Notes: a model not told the origin generated them from the letters alone. A stretch of 59,090 nt of DNA from Candidatus Deferrimicrobiaceae bacterium (GCA_041633075.1 JBFKGZ010000002.1:1-59090); one strand, 5' to 3'. Counted from the stretch's first letter, positions 48,024 through 57,384 are shown. Numbers and translations are program-made.

Positions 48024-49136
48024 ATCGGGCCGCAATCCGTTTTCCCTCATCCGCCATCCGGTCCCTCGCCGCCGCATCGACCATCATGTCCGCCATCGCG
48101 TCGGCAAGCCCACGGGGGTTGCGCGGGGAATAGGCCATCCCCCCCCCCTCCCGTACTATTGTTTGCCCCCAATGGCCGTCCCGGGGGACGATCACGGGCA
48201 CTCCGGCGGCCATCGCCTCCAGCGGGACCAGTCCGAAGGACTCGTACGCCGAGGGGCTGAGCACCGCGTCCGCCGCGGAAAGAAGGGCGGGCATCCTCGC
48301 GTGGGGAACCGGCCCGGTGAAGATCACTCCTGCGGGAACGCCGTCCGCGGGAGGATTTTGCCCTGCGATGAGCAGAAGCGCCTCCCGGTCCCTTTTCCCC
48401 CGAATCGCCGGAAGCGCCTCCACTGCGGCGAGAATGTTCTTCCCTGCTTCCGGTCGGGCGGCCAGCAGGAAGAGGAACGCCCCGGGGGAGATGCCGAATG
48501 CCCGCCTGCTCTCCTCTCGCGGCGGCGGGCGGCGAAACGAGTCGTCCACTCCCGGGGGGATCACCACTCCCTTTCCGTCCACCCCCGGGAGGATCCCCGC
48601 CGTCGCGGCGAGGTCGTGGTCCGAGAGAAATACCACCCGGTACGCTCCCCGGGCGATCCGTTCTTCGGCGTCCCTCCTCGCGATCGAGAGCGCGTCCGGA
48701 CGGGTTCCCGCAGGCATCGGTTTGCGGGCCTCCACCGTGTGGAACGCGAAGACCATCCTGTCGGAGCGCACCCGCGCTCCCGTCTCCCGGGCCGCCACCC
48801 CCGACATCCAGTAGTGCGCCGAGAGCGCATCGGGGGGGTGCGTCGTGCCCGGAGGAACTCTCCGGCGGCTACCAGGAACCGGGGGAGCGCCCGGAGGGCC
48901 CCCTCCCGGCTCACCGGCTCCTCCCACCCGCAAGGGAGATGGTACACGCGGACCCCGCGGTATGGACGGGTCATCGTAACCCGCTCCCCTTTTCCCCTCG
49001 TCAGGACGTCCGTCTCGATCCCCCTGTGGGAAAGCCCGGAAAGGAGACCGCGCAGGAAGATGTTCATCCCCCCGGCAAGGCCGGTGCCGGGCTCCTCCAA
49101 AGGACAGGTGTGATAGGAAAAAAGCAGGTGCTTCAC
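47950..49136 (-). pseudogene. MshA-like GT4 glycosyltransferase (D-inositol-3-phosphate glycosyltransferase family) interrupted by a frameshift at a C7 run
   Basis: The N-terminal half is in one frame (HTCPLEEPGTGLAGGMNIF...RARRTPP). The C-terminal half is in another (DALSAHYWMSG...ESFGLVPLEAMAAG...FTWE). The junction is exactly at G7/C7, 48832-48838. One extra C restores a single ORF. Confidence 0.8.
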
Positions 49137-50125
49137 GATGCGCGGATGATCGCCCGGTATACGATCCGGTCCCTTCCCCCGAGGTCGTACTTGTACCGCT
49201 CCCTCCCGCGGAGGAAATCGTATTCGCGATACCCCTGCCGGATCGCATCCTCGATGCAGCGCGCCAGCAGTACCAGGCCGGGGCTCACCTCCCGGTAGTT
49301 CGGATCGAACCCGGAGTTGTACAGGAGAATGGCGCCGTTCCACTCGATCTGAAGCGCGGACGCCATGACTGCGCCCTCCCCGGAGAGAAACACCAGACGC
49401 AGCCGTCCGGTGGACAGGAAGCCTTCGGCCATATCGCGGAAGAACCCCGCCATCCTGTCGTCCATGAACTCCGCCTTTCCCGTATGGCTCAGCCGGTGGA
49501 GGGCGATAAACGAAGGGAAGTCCTGTTCGAACTCTTCCCTCGTCCGGGTCACGCGAAAGGACAGCCCCGGCGCCGCGGCCGAAGCCCTCCGGATCTTCCT
49601 GCGCAGCTCGTGCCGCTCCTTCGTCCCCAGCAGGCGGAAGTACTCTTCGAAGGAGGAAGGAAGGGGGACATACGGGGACCGGTCCATCTCCTCGAGCCGG
49701 AAGGAGTAGCCGAACTCGGCGCACACGCGGGGCAGGCAGGCGATCGAAGGAGACCCATCGACGAGATTCGGCAGCAGAAGGGGACGGGAGGAGAGAAGGT
49801 CCCGCGAGCGGGAAAGGAACTCGGACCAGAACCCGGCTTCGCCGCCGGAGACGACAACGGCGTCCAGCGAATCGGACACCTGCTCCCCCCCGAGAAGCTC
49901 CCACCCCGCTTCGTCGTCGCACAGGCAGAGGAACAGGAACCCGGCGATCTCCCCGTTTCGTACCCACCGGTAGATGCGCTTGCTGTGGCCGGAAGCGAAC
50001 GTCCTCGCCCACGGAGCCAGAAAATGCCGGGAGAGAAAGGGGGAGGGGCGGAAGGAGCGGGAGAGGACGAAATCCCACTCCCCCCCGGAAATGTCCTCCA
50101 TCCGGTCTGTCCAGGAAAGTCCCAT
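49133..50125 (-). CDS. CelD/BcsL-like (FemAB-type fold) GNAT family acyltransferase
   Basis: 330 aa. The C-terminal ...LLYNSGFDP.Y...SPG..L....I..A...G...YDFLRG.E.YK pattern is present. The TGA stop overlaps the GTG start of the glycosyltransferase (GTGA). Confidence 0.7.
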   Translation of the reverse strand: MGLSWTDRMEDISGGEWDFVLSRSFRPSPFLSRHFLAPWARTFASGHSKRIYRWVRNGEIAGFLFLCLCDDEAGWELLGGEQVSDSLDAVVVSGGEAGFWSEFLSRSRDLLSSRPLLLPNLVDGSPSIACLPRVCAEFGYSFRLEEMDRSPYVPLPSSFEEYFRLLGTKERHELRRKIRRASAAAPGLSFRVTRTREEFEQDFPSFIALHRLSHTGKAEFMDDRMAGFFRDMAEGFLSTGRLRLVFLSGEGAVMASALQIEWNGAILLYNSGFDPNYREVSPGLVLLARCIEDAIRQGYREYDFLRGRERYKYDLGGRDRIVYRAIIRAS

Positions 50126-50154
50126 CCGTTACCGATGGCGGCGGACGATCACGC

Positions 50155-50820
50155 TCACTTCCCTCCCCCTCCCGATTTCGGGGGGGATTCCCAACCCGGA
50201 AGGACCCCGGCCGCAACCAGCCTGCGCACCGTCTCTTCGGCCAATGCGTTGGCCGCACCGTTGACCGCGTCCCGGACCCCTTCGGGAGTGACGAAAAGCG
50301 GGTCCTGCGTCCAGTAATCCGAAACAACGGTGCTGTTCCAGTTCGGCGAAGCGCTCCCCCCCGTCCCGTACACCGTAAGGGTTACGGAGGCCGCCGATTC
50401 GACCTTGATTTTCAGGGACCCCGATTTCCTGGTCTCCACGCGGAACTTGTCGACGCTGCCCCACACCCGGGCGATCGCGTCCGCGGGAACCTCCGCTCCG
50501 GAGGAGACGCGCACGGCGCGAAACCCCTTCTCGTTCAACACGCCGGCAATCAGGTCCGGCATCGCCTTCCCCGGATCCCCCTTCCAGACGATCGCCCGAG
50601 CATGATCGAAATCGCGGCCGATCTCGTGCGGGGGGACGCCCGCGAAGGTAAAGTCGAGGACGGCAACCGCGGGGCCGGTCGCGGTCGTCCGCGCTGCCCC
50701 CCTTGTTTCGGGGCGCGCGAGATCCCCCGGCAGGGTCAGCACCCTACTGGTCACGCAACCGGAACCCCCGACCAACACGGCAAGTGCAAGAAATATCCGG
50801 ACGACGCGGAATCTGTTCAC
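50155..50820 (-). CDS. Lipoprotein of unknown function
   Basis: Signal plus lipobox LVGGSGC. 221 aa. I do not recognise a family. Confidence 0.6.
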   Translation of the reverse strand: MNRFRVVRIFLALAVLVGGSGCVTSRVLTLPGDLARPETRGAARTTATGPAVAVLDFTFAGVPPHEIGRDFDHARAIVWKGDPGKAMPDLIAGVLNEKGFRAVRVSSGAEVPADAIARVWGSVDKFRVETRKSGSLKIKVESAASVTLTVYGTGGSASPNWNSTVVSDYWTQDPLFVTPEGVRDAVNGAANALAEETVRRLVAAGVLPGWESPPKSGGGGK

Positions 50821-50991
50821 CTTGAAGTCCCCCTTCTCGGATCATTCATCATCGGTATTTTCCCCCTCCTAGGGTACTACGTTACGACTCCGCCGTGGTC
50901 AAACGTCCTTTTCGGGACCCCTTGACTTGAAATGACCTTCCGCGTTGCCGTATCGTGGATTGTCCCGAAGGCGGACGGCGAAGGAGAGATC

Positions 50992-52200
50992 ATGCCCACA
51001 TCCCCGGAGATCCGCGAGGCGATACGGCAGGGATCCTGGATCCGGAAGATGTTCGAGGAAGGCGCCCGGCTGAAAGCCGCGAAGGGGGCGGACAACGTGT
51101 TCGATTTCAGCCTGGGGAACCCTTACGGGGCACCTCCCGACGAACTCCTGGAGGAAATGCGGACGCTCTTGGCAGCTCCCCCCGACGATCTGCACCGGTA
51201 CATGCCGAACGCCGGATTCCCGGACGTACGGAAGACGATTGCGGCATCCCTCACGCGCACGATCGGCCTTCCTTTCACCGGAGACCTCGTGATCATGACC
51301 ACGGGAGCCGCAGGGGCGCTGAACGTGGCCCTGCAGGCGATCCTCTCGCCGGGAGACGAGGTCATCGTCATCGCTCCGTATTTCGCGGAGTATCTTTTCT
51401 ATCTCCGGACCGTCGGCGGTGTCCCGGTCGTGGCGGAGTCCTCGGGGGAGTTCCAGCTGGACATGAAGGCGATCCGGGCAGCGCTTACCGACAAGACCAA
51501 GGCCATAATCCTCAACACGCCCAACAATCCGTCGGGAGCCGTCTATCCCCGGGACGCCCTTCTCGCGCTCGATGCGGTGCTCGGCGAGCGGGAGAAGCGG
51601 TCGGGAAATCCCGTCTATGTCCTCTCCGACGAGCCGTACCGGAAGATCGTGTACCCGGGGTACGCCTTCTTCCCCCCGGCGTCCGCCCTGCGGAACACCC
51701 TCATCGCCTACTCCCACTCCAAGGACCTCAACGTCCCCGGGGAGAGGATCGGGTACCTTGCCGTAAGCCCTCGGGCCGCGGACGCCGGGGAGATATCCGA
51801 CGCATGCGTTTTCTGCAACCGGGTGCTCGGATTCGTCAACGCCCCTTCGCTCATGCAGCGGGCCGTGGCCGTGGTCCAGGACCTTGAGCCGGACTTTCCC
51901 GTGTATCGGGCGAACCGGGACGTCCTCGTCGCGGCCCTCGCGGAATCCGGTTTCTCCGTCGTCCCGCCCGGAGGGGCCTTTTACCTGTTTCCGCGGTCCC
52001 CCTCCGGGGACGAAATGGAGTTCGTCGCGGCGGCCCGGGAGGAGAACATCCTCGTGGTCCCGGGGCGCGGCTTCGGACGGGGAGGACATTTCCGGGTCGC
52101 CTTCTGCGTCTCCCCCGACACCGTTGCCAGGTCTCTTCCCGGCTGGAAACGGCTCGGCGAAAGGTTTTTTCCGGCGCGCAGGCCAGGAGCAGCCCGATGA
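50992..52200 (+). CDS. Class I/II pyridoxal-phosphate-dependent aminotransferase (Asp/Ala aminotransferase-like)
   Basis: FSLGNP, NTPNNPSG and YSHSKD (PLP Lys) motifs. AAGGAG lies upstream of the ATG at 50992. Confidence 0.88.
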   Translation: MPTSPEIREAIRQGSWIRKMFEEGARLKAAKGADNVFDFSLGNPYGAPPDELLEEMRTLLAAPPDDLHRYMPNAGFPDVRKTIAASLTRTIGLPFTGDLVIMTTGAAGALNVALQAILSPGDEVIVIAPYFAEYLFYLRTVGGVPVVAESSGEFQLDMKAIRAALTDKTKAIILNTPNNPSGAVYPRDALLALDAVLGEREKRSGNPVYVLSDEPYRKIVYPGYAFFPPASALRNTLIAYSHSKDLNVPGERIGYLAVSPRAADAGEISDACVFCNRVLGFVNAPSLMQRAVAVVQDLEPDFPVYRANRDVLVAALAESGFSVVPPGGAFYLFPRSPSGDEMEFVAAAREENILVVPGRGFGRGGHFRVAFCVSPDTVARSLPGWKRLGERFFPARRPGAAR

Positions 52201-53243
52201 AAATACCGTTTCGCAGAAACGTCGCAAGGATGCAGGGGTATGTTCCCGGGGAGCAGCCCCAGGAAGGGGAATTCATCAAACTCAACACGAACGAGAATCC
52301 CTATCCCCCTTCCCCGGCGGTGCGGAAGGCCCTCCTCGCGGAGGCGAACGCATCGCTCCGCCTGTATCCGGATCCGGATGCAACAAGACTCCGGCGGCAG
52401 GCCGCGCTGACGTACGGGTTCGATCTCTCCCGGGTGATCGCGGGGAACGGCTCGGACGACCTGCTTGCGACGATCGCCCGGGCCCTTGTCGGAGAAGGGG
52501 ACACGCTGTGCTGTCCGACCCCGACGTACACGCTCTATGACACGCTGGTCAAAATCCAGGGAGGCAAAGTCGCGGCCATCCCCTACCCCGCGGACTACTC
52601 CCTTCCGGCGGGACTTGCCGGAAGGCGCGCGAAGGTCACGATCGTCGCCAGTCCCAACTCCCCCTCGGGAACGTCGATCCCGACGGCCGCGCTGGCCGAC
52701 CTTGCCGACCGGGTGGCGGGTATACTCGTCATCGACGAGGCCTACGCGGACTTCGCCGAGGAGACCGCCCTGTCCCTCGCCCGGGAGAAGGAGAACGTGA
52801 TCGTGCTTCGCACATTGTCCAAATCGTTCTCCCTGGCCGGGATGCGCGTCGGTCTCGGCTTCGCCCCGCCTGCGATCCTCGCCGGCCTGAACAAGGTGCG
52901 GGACTCCTACAACCTCGATCGTCTGGCCATCGCGGCCGGGGAAGCCGCTCTTAAGGACATCGGCTGGATGGAGAAAAACATCGCGAAGATACGCAAGACG
53001 CGGGCGACCCTTCTCTCCGCGCTTCCGTCGCTCGGGTTCTCCCCCTTCCCCTCGCAGGGCAACTTCGTGCTCGCGAAACGCTCCCGGGGAAGGTCGGCAA
53101 AGCCGGTCTACGAGGCACTCAAGCGGAAAATGATCCTCGTCCGGTACTTCGATACGCCCCGCCTCTCCGGATGCCTGCGTATCACGGTAGGCACCGATGA
53201 CGAGATCGCGGCGCTCCTGGCGGCGATGGAAACGATGCTATAG
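52197..53243 (+). CDS. hisC: Histidinol-phosphate aminotransferase
   Basis: KLNTNENPYPPSP, SPNSPSG and RTLSKSFSLAGMRVG motifs. ATGA overlap with the upstream aminotransferase. Confidence 0.9.
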   Translation: MKIPFRRNVARMQGYVPGEQPQEGEFIKLNTNENPYPPSPAVRKALLAEANASLRLYPDPDATRLRRQAALTYGFDLSRVIAGNGSDDLLATIARALVGEGDTLCCPTPTYTLYDTLVKIQGGKVAAIPYPADYSLPAGLAGRRAKVTIVASPNSPSGTSIPTAALADLADRVAGILVIDEAYADFAEETALSLAREKENVIVLRTLSKSFSLAGMRVGLGFAPPAILAGLNKVRDSYNLDRLAIAAGEAALKDIGWMEKNIAKIRKTRATLLSALPSLGFSPFPSQGNFVLAKRSRGRSAKPVYEALKRKMILVRYFDTPRLSGCLRITVGTDDEIAALLAAMETML

Positions 53244-54191
53244 CGTGATCGACCAGTTCCCGTTGGAGGGGGAGTTGATCCAGGAGGCGACGGCCCCGTC
53301 GGCGCGGAGCCGGAGGACCTGGAAGCAGTACTCGACGACGCTCCCCGAAGGACCGAACACGAACCCCTCGAATGTTCGCGGACGGGGATGGCTCGCAATG
53401 GCTGCCGACCTCGCTCGCAGATATGCATCCCGGTCGCCGGAATGGAAGTATTCGGACGCCCGGAATCCCGCGGACGCATAGTTCTTGACTTCCATCGCGA
53501 CGAGGTTGTGGGCGGCCCAGGACCGGTCTCCCCACAGGGCGCGTGCGCAGACGATGTCCCCCTCTTCGTCCCGAACCGTGATCCTCGCGCAATTGATCTT
53601 GTCGGCAACGGGAACGGTCCCTCCGGCAGGGACATGGTACAGGAAGAACGGCATCGGGCGGTTTTTCAGGACCGACAAGGCCTCGGGAACCTCCACCACC
53701 GGGGCGGCGCCCTCCACGATCGGCACCCGCGCGCAGCACAGGGCGGGAGAAGGCTTCTTCCGCATCGCGCCGAACCCGTACCGGACCGTTCCGGAACGCG
53801 GCTCGTCCGGCCGGAGGGGCAACGCGAGGCGGAACCACCCCCGGCCCGGGGCCGGCGGAACGTTCCCCGTTCCTTCCTCCTCGATCACGCTCACGTCGTC
53901 GTCGGTAGAGGGTCCCGGGAGAAGAACCTCGTACGGCGGCGAGAACCACTCTCTCCCTTTCCCCACCGTCGAGAAGAAGTAGCGCACCCGAAGGCGCCCA
54001 TCGCCTTGCGGACGGGGGAGAAACAGGTGCCCGTGGCGGGTTCCGGGGACCCCCGACGATGTCATCACGACGGTGGAACGGGCAAGAACGATATCGGGGG
54101 AGTTCTCCGGAAACGCCGCGTAGTGGATCAGGGCGAGTTCGGGCCGGTCGGGGCCATCATGGAACAAGCGGCGCAATATGTACATTGCCAC
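53238..54191 (-). CDS. Hypothetical protein (no recognisable family)
   Basis: 317-aa ORF with balanced, non-shadow-like composition. It fills the gap between hisC and the metallopeptidase gene. Competing ORFs here are Arg/Pro/Gly-rich shadows. Confidence 0.5.
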   Translation of the reverse strand: MAMYILRRLFHDGPDRPELALIHYAAFPENSPDIVLARSTVVMTSSGVPGTRHGHLFLPRPQGDGRLRVRYFFSTVGKGREWFSPPYEVLLPGPSTDDDVSVIEEEGTGNVPPAPGRGWFRLALPLRPDEPRSGTVRYGFGAMRKKPSPALCCARVPIVEGAAPVVEVPEALSVLKNRPMPFFLYHVPAGGTVPVADKINCARITVRDEEGDIVCARALWGDRSWAAHNLVAMEVKNYASAGFRASEYFHSGDRDAYLRARSAAIASHPRPRTFEGFVFGPSGSVVEYCFQVLRLRADGAVASWINSPSNGNWSITL

Positions 54192-54272
54192 CCTCCCTTC
54201 GCCGGGCTCGCCCGCTCAGGTTCCCCGGCGCCGATCGTTCGGTTTCGCCTTCCCTCTTGTTATATATCACAA

Positions 54273-54665
54273 TCACTCGTACCCGAGCCGGGCAAGGTCC
54301 TCCTCGTCCATCCCGAAATAGTGCCCGATTTCGTGCAGCAGGGTCGTACGAATCTGGCGGGCAAGCTCCACGGGATCCCGGAAATCCTTCATGAGGGGGC
54401 CGCGATAGACGGAGATCCTGTCGGGCAGGTTCCCGGAGTCCAGCACGGACCGTTCGGGCAGCGGGATGCCGTGATAGAACCCGTAAAGAGTCTCCCCCGG
54501 AGGCAGGTCGAGCTCGTCGAGAAGCCAGTCCGGGGGCCGGTCCTCCACCACGATCGCCACGTTCCGGAGCGACTCGCGAAACATCCCGGGAAGGTCGTCG
54601 AGGGCCTGCCGGAGAACGTTATCGAAATCGGCCGCGGATGTCGATCGCCTCATCGCGCGTTCCAT
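54273..54665 (-). CDS. Minimal zinc metallopeptidase family protein (DUF1025-like)
   Basis: 130 aa. It has ...V.VEDRP... and a C-terminal HEIGHYFG(M)DEE motif. Confidence 0.75.
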   Translation of the reverse strand: MERAMRRSTSAADFDNVLRQALDDLPGMFRESLRNVAIVVEDRPPDWLLDELDLPPGETLYGFYHGIPLPERSVLDSGNLPDRISVYRGPLMKDFRDPVELARQIRTTLLHEIGHYFGMDEEDLARLGYE

Positions 54666-54735
54666 GCTGTTTTCTGATTTCCTATAATGGAGATTGTATC
54701 CCAGATATCGACGGGATGCAGGGGAAAGCGAGGGG

Positions 54736-55056
54736 TTACCCGGAACCGTCCCGGGAGCGTATCCTGCGGACGGCGTTTTCTATCATCTTTTCGGCCACCT
54801 TCATCGGTTTCACGCGGTAGGTCCCTTTCTCCACCTTTTCCTTGAGGAGTTTCAGCCGTTTCCGGCGGATCGACGTCTTTTTGTCGATACCCGATCCGTT
54901 CCCCTTTTTCCTGCTTGCACCCGGTCTGTTCACGGAATAGCTCCCCGAGATGGCATCCGCATGAGAATCGTATCGACCCTTTTCCGAAAAAACTTTACCG
55001 GCCCCGCAACATTGACCTTTCGTCCCGCGGCGGCCGGAGGGTAAAATTACCTCCAT
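54736..55056 (-). CDS. flgM: Anti-sigma-28 factor FlgM (start uncertain)
   Basis: The C-terminus KLLKEKVEKGTYRVKPMKVAEKMIE is FlgM-like. The ATG at 55056 has GGAGGG 8 nt upstream. The ORF-track extension to 55332 is antisense to the REC domain and is rejected. Confidence 0.6.
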   Translation of the reverse strand: MEVILPSGRRGTKGQCCGAGKVFSEKGRYDSHADAISGSYSVNRPGASRKKGNGSGIDKKTSIRRKRLKLLKEKVEKGTYRVKPMKVAEKMIENAVRRIRSRDGSG

Positions 55057-56434
55057 GAAAAAAACCCTCCTCATAGTAGAAGATGACGAAAATATCCTCC
55101 AGCTTCTTCTGAACGTCTTTTCCCGCCCGGATCTGGAACTCCACCCAGCCCGCTCCGGGGCGGAGGCGATGGGCCTTATCGACCGGCACGAAATGGATGT
55201 CGTTCTCACGGACCTCGTCATGCCGGAGGGGGACGGCCTCGAGGTCCTCACGCACGCGAAGAAGTCCCTCGTCAACTGCGAGGTCATCCTGATGACGGGG
55301 TACGGAACGGTGGAGAACGCCGTACATGCCATGAAACTTGGCGCGTTTCACTACATCACGAAGCCGTTCAAGGTGGTGGAAGTCGTCCATCTCGTCGACC
55401 GGGCCCTGGAAATGACGGGTGTGAAGAAGGAGAACATCCACCTGAAAAAGGAGGCCATCGGGCGCTACCAGTTCGAAAACATCATCGGGATCAGCGAGAA
55501 GATCCGGCAGATGCTTTCCCTGGTCTCGAAGGTAGCGGCCAGCGAATCGACGGTCCTCATCCTGGGGGAGAGCGGCACGGGCAAGGAGCTCATCGCCCGG
55601 GCGATACACTACAACAGCGACCGGGCGGACCGGATGCTCGCCCCCGTAAACTGCTCCGCCATCCCCGCCGACCTTCTGGAAAGCGAACTGTTCGGGCACG
55701 CACGGGGCGCCTTCACCGGTGCCCACACCGCACGGACCGGCAATTTCGAAGCGGCCCATCGAGGTACGATATTTCTGGACGAGATCGGGGAGATGAGCCC
55801 GCCCCTCCAGGCGAAAATCCTACGGGTGCTCCAGGAACAGTCGTTCACGCCGGTGGGGGGAACGAAACCGGTAAATGTGGATGTCCGCGTCATCGCGGCG
55901 ACCAACAAGGATCTCGAAAAGGAAATTGCCGAGGGCCGTTTTCGCCAGGACCTCTTCTTCCGGCTCAACGTCATCCCCGTCCACGTCCCACCGTTGCGGG
56001 AACGCGTCGAGGACATCCCGGTCCTGGCCGAACATTTCATCAGAAAGTACGCCAAAGGGAGCGGGCGAAAGATCCAGGGATTTCGGGCGGATGCGATGGA
56101 AGCGATGAAGGGGCACTCCTGGCCCGGGAACGTGAGGGAACTGGAGAACCTCGTCGAGCGACTCGTCGTCCTGAAACGGGACGGATGGTTCGAGAAGAGG
56201 GACCTGCCGGCGGCGATGCTCCCCCGGAAGGACAGGGACGGAGGAAAGGGCGCCGAGATACTGCGAAACGGCGGGCTGGATTTTCGGAAAGCAAGGGAGG
56301 ATTTCGAGGACGGCCTCATCCGCGAGGCCCTTACCCTTTGCGAAGGGAACAGGAACAGGGCGGCGGCCCTACTCGGACTGAAACGGACGACGCTCCTGGA
56401 AATGCTCAAGCGAAAGGGGATTCATAGCCCATAA
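55055..56434 (+). CDS. Sigma-54-dependent response regulator (REC - AAA+ - HTH), flagellar-regulator-like context
   Basis: LLIVEDDE...DLVMPEGDG, GESGTGKE, GAFTGA, and a C-terminal HTH (NRAAALLGLKRTTL). Confidence 0.93.
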   Translation: MKKTLLIVEDDENILQLLLNVFSRPDLELHPARSGAEAMGLIDRHEMDVVLTDLVMPEGDGLEVLTHAKKSLVNCEVILMTGYGTVENAVHAMKLGAFHYITKPFKVVEVVHLVDRALEMTGVKKENIHLKKEAIGRYQFENIIGISEKIRQMLSLVSKVAASESTVLILGESGTGKELIARAIHYNSDRADRMLAPVNCSAIPADLLESELFGHARGAFTGAHTARTGNFEAAHRGTIFLDEIGEMSPPLQAKILRVLQEQSFTPVGGTKPVNVDVRVIAATNKDLEKEIAEGRFRQDLFFRLNVIPVHVPPLRERVEDIPVLAEHFIRKYAKGSGRKIQGFRADAMEAMKGHSWPGNVRELENLVERLVVLKRDGWFEKRDLPAAMLPRKDRDGGKGAEILRNGGLDFRKAREDFEDGLIREALTLCEGNRNRAAALLGLKRTTLLEMLKRKGIHSP

Positions 56435-56545
56435 TTGTCATACGGACGTCCGGCTGCCAATTTTTTGACACCAAGAAATCGTCACTCCGCAGAACGCCCA
56501 TAGAAATTCCATAACTATTTCAACAGGTTATGTCGTTTCCCCGCA

Positions 56546-56561
56546 TGGCACGCATGTTGCT
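56546..56561 (+). promoter_or_regulatory. Sigma-54 promoter upstream of fliA
   Basis: TGGCAC-gcatg-TTGCT is a perfect consensus. It lies 50 nt upstream of the fliA ATG, and GGGAGGG lies before the start. Confidence 0.8.
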
Positions 56562-56610
56562 CCCTACGTGACCACCTCTTTCAGGAACGAAATCAGAAGG
56601 GAGGGACACG

Positions 56611-57381
56611 ATGGGACGCAACATCGCTCTCCGAACCGCGGAAAAACTTCCGGTGAAACCTCCGCCTGTCCCCGACCGGGAGAACCTGGTAAACGAGTTT
56701 CTTCCGGGCATCCGATACCACGCCAGCGCATTGAAACTCCGTCTTCCGCCGAGCGTCGAGATGGACGATCTCGTAAGCTCGGGTGTCGTAGGCCTGCTGG
56801 ACGCCGCCGAAAAGTTCGATTCCAAGCGCGGGATCAAGTTCAAAACGTACGCCGAGTTCCGCATCCGCGGCGCCATGCTCGACTACCTCCGCGAGATGGA
56901 CTGGTTCTCCCGCGCCGCACGGCAACACGCGAACCGGCTGGAGAACGCCTACGCGCGGCTGGAAGGCATCCTGGCCCGGCCTCCCCGGGAGGAAGAAGTC
57001 GCGGCGGACCTTTCGATCTCGGTCAAGGAACTTCGGAAACAGCTTGCCCTCTATTCCGGGCTTTCCGTCTTTTCGCTGGATGAACCCCGGGACGACGAGC
57101 GCAGCGGCGCCGCCCATAGCGTCCAGAAGGTCCTAAACGAAGCCGCCAAGGACGACATGGCAAACGACGAAACCCTCCGGGACCTCAAGGAGGTGCTCGC
57201 CAAGGCGATCGACACGCTTCCGGAAAGAGAGAAGCAGCTGCTCGCGCTGTACTATTACGAAGACCTGACGATGAAGGAAATCGGCGCGATATTCAACCTG
57301 GGAGAGCCGAGGATATGCCAGCTGCACGCACAGGCCACCCTTCGGCTGCGGGGAAAACTGCACTCCCAATGGGAGAGATAG
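56611..57381 (+). CDS. fliA: RNA polymerase sigma-28 factor FliA/WhiG family
   Basis: Sigma-70 regions 2, 3 and 4: DDLVSSGVVGLLDA..KFD...G.KF.TYA..RIRGAMLD.LR, and region 4 LSLYYYE.LT.KEIG......ES.R..Q. Confidence 0.92.
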   Translation: MGRNIALRTAEKLPVKPPPVPDRENLVNEFLPGIRYHASALKLRLPPSVEMDDLVSSGVVGLLDAAEKFDSKRGIKFKTYAEFRIRGAMLDYLREMDWFSRAARQHANRLENAYARLEGILARPPREEEVAADLSISVKELRKQLALYSGLSVFSLDEPRDDERSGAAHSVQKVLNEAAKDDMANDETLRDLKEVLAKAIDTLPEREKQLLALYYYEDLTMKEIGAIFNLGEPRICQLHAQATLRLRGKLHSQWER

Positions 57382-57384
57382 GGA

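Noticed and set aside
46224-48077. 617-aa minus-strand ORF
   Set aside because: It is antisense to ino1 and the malic-enzyme 5' region. It has shadow composition.
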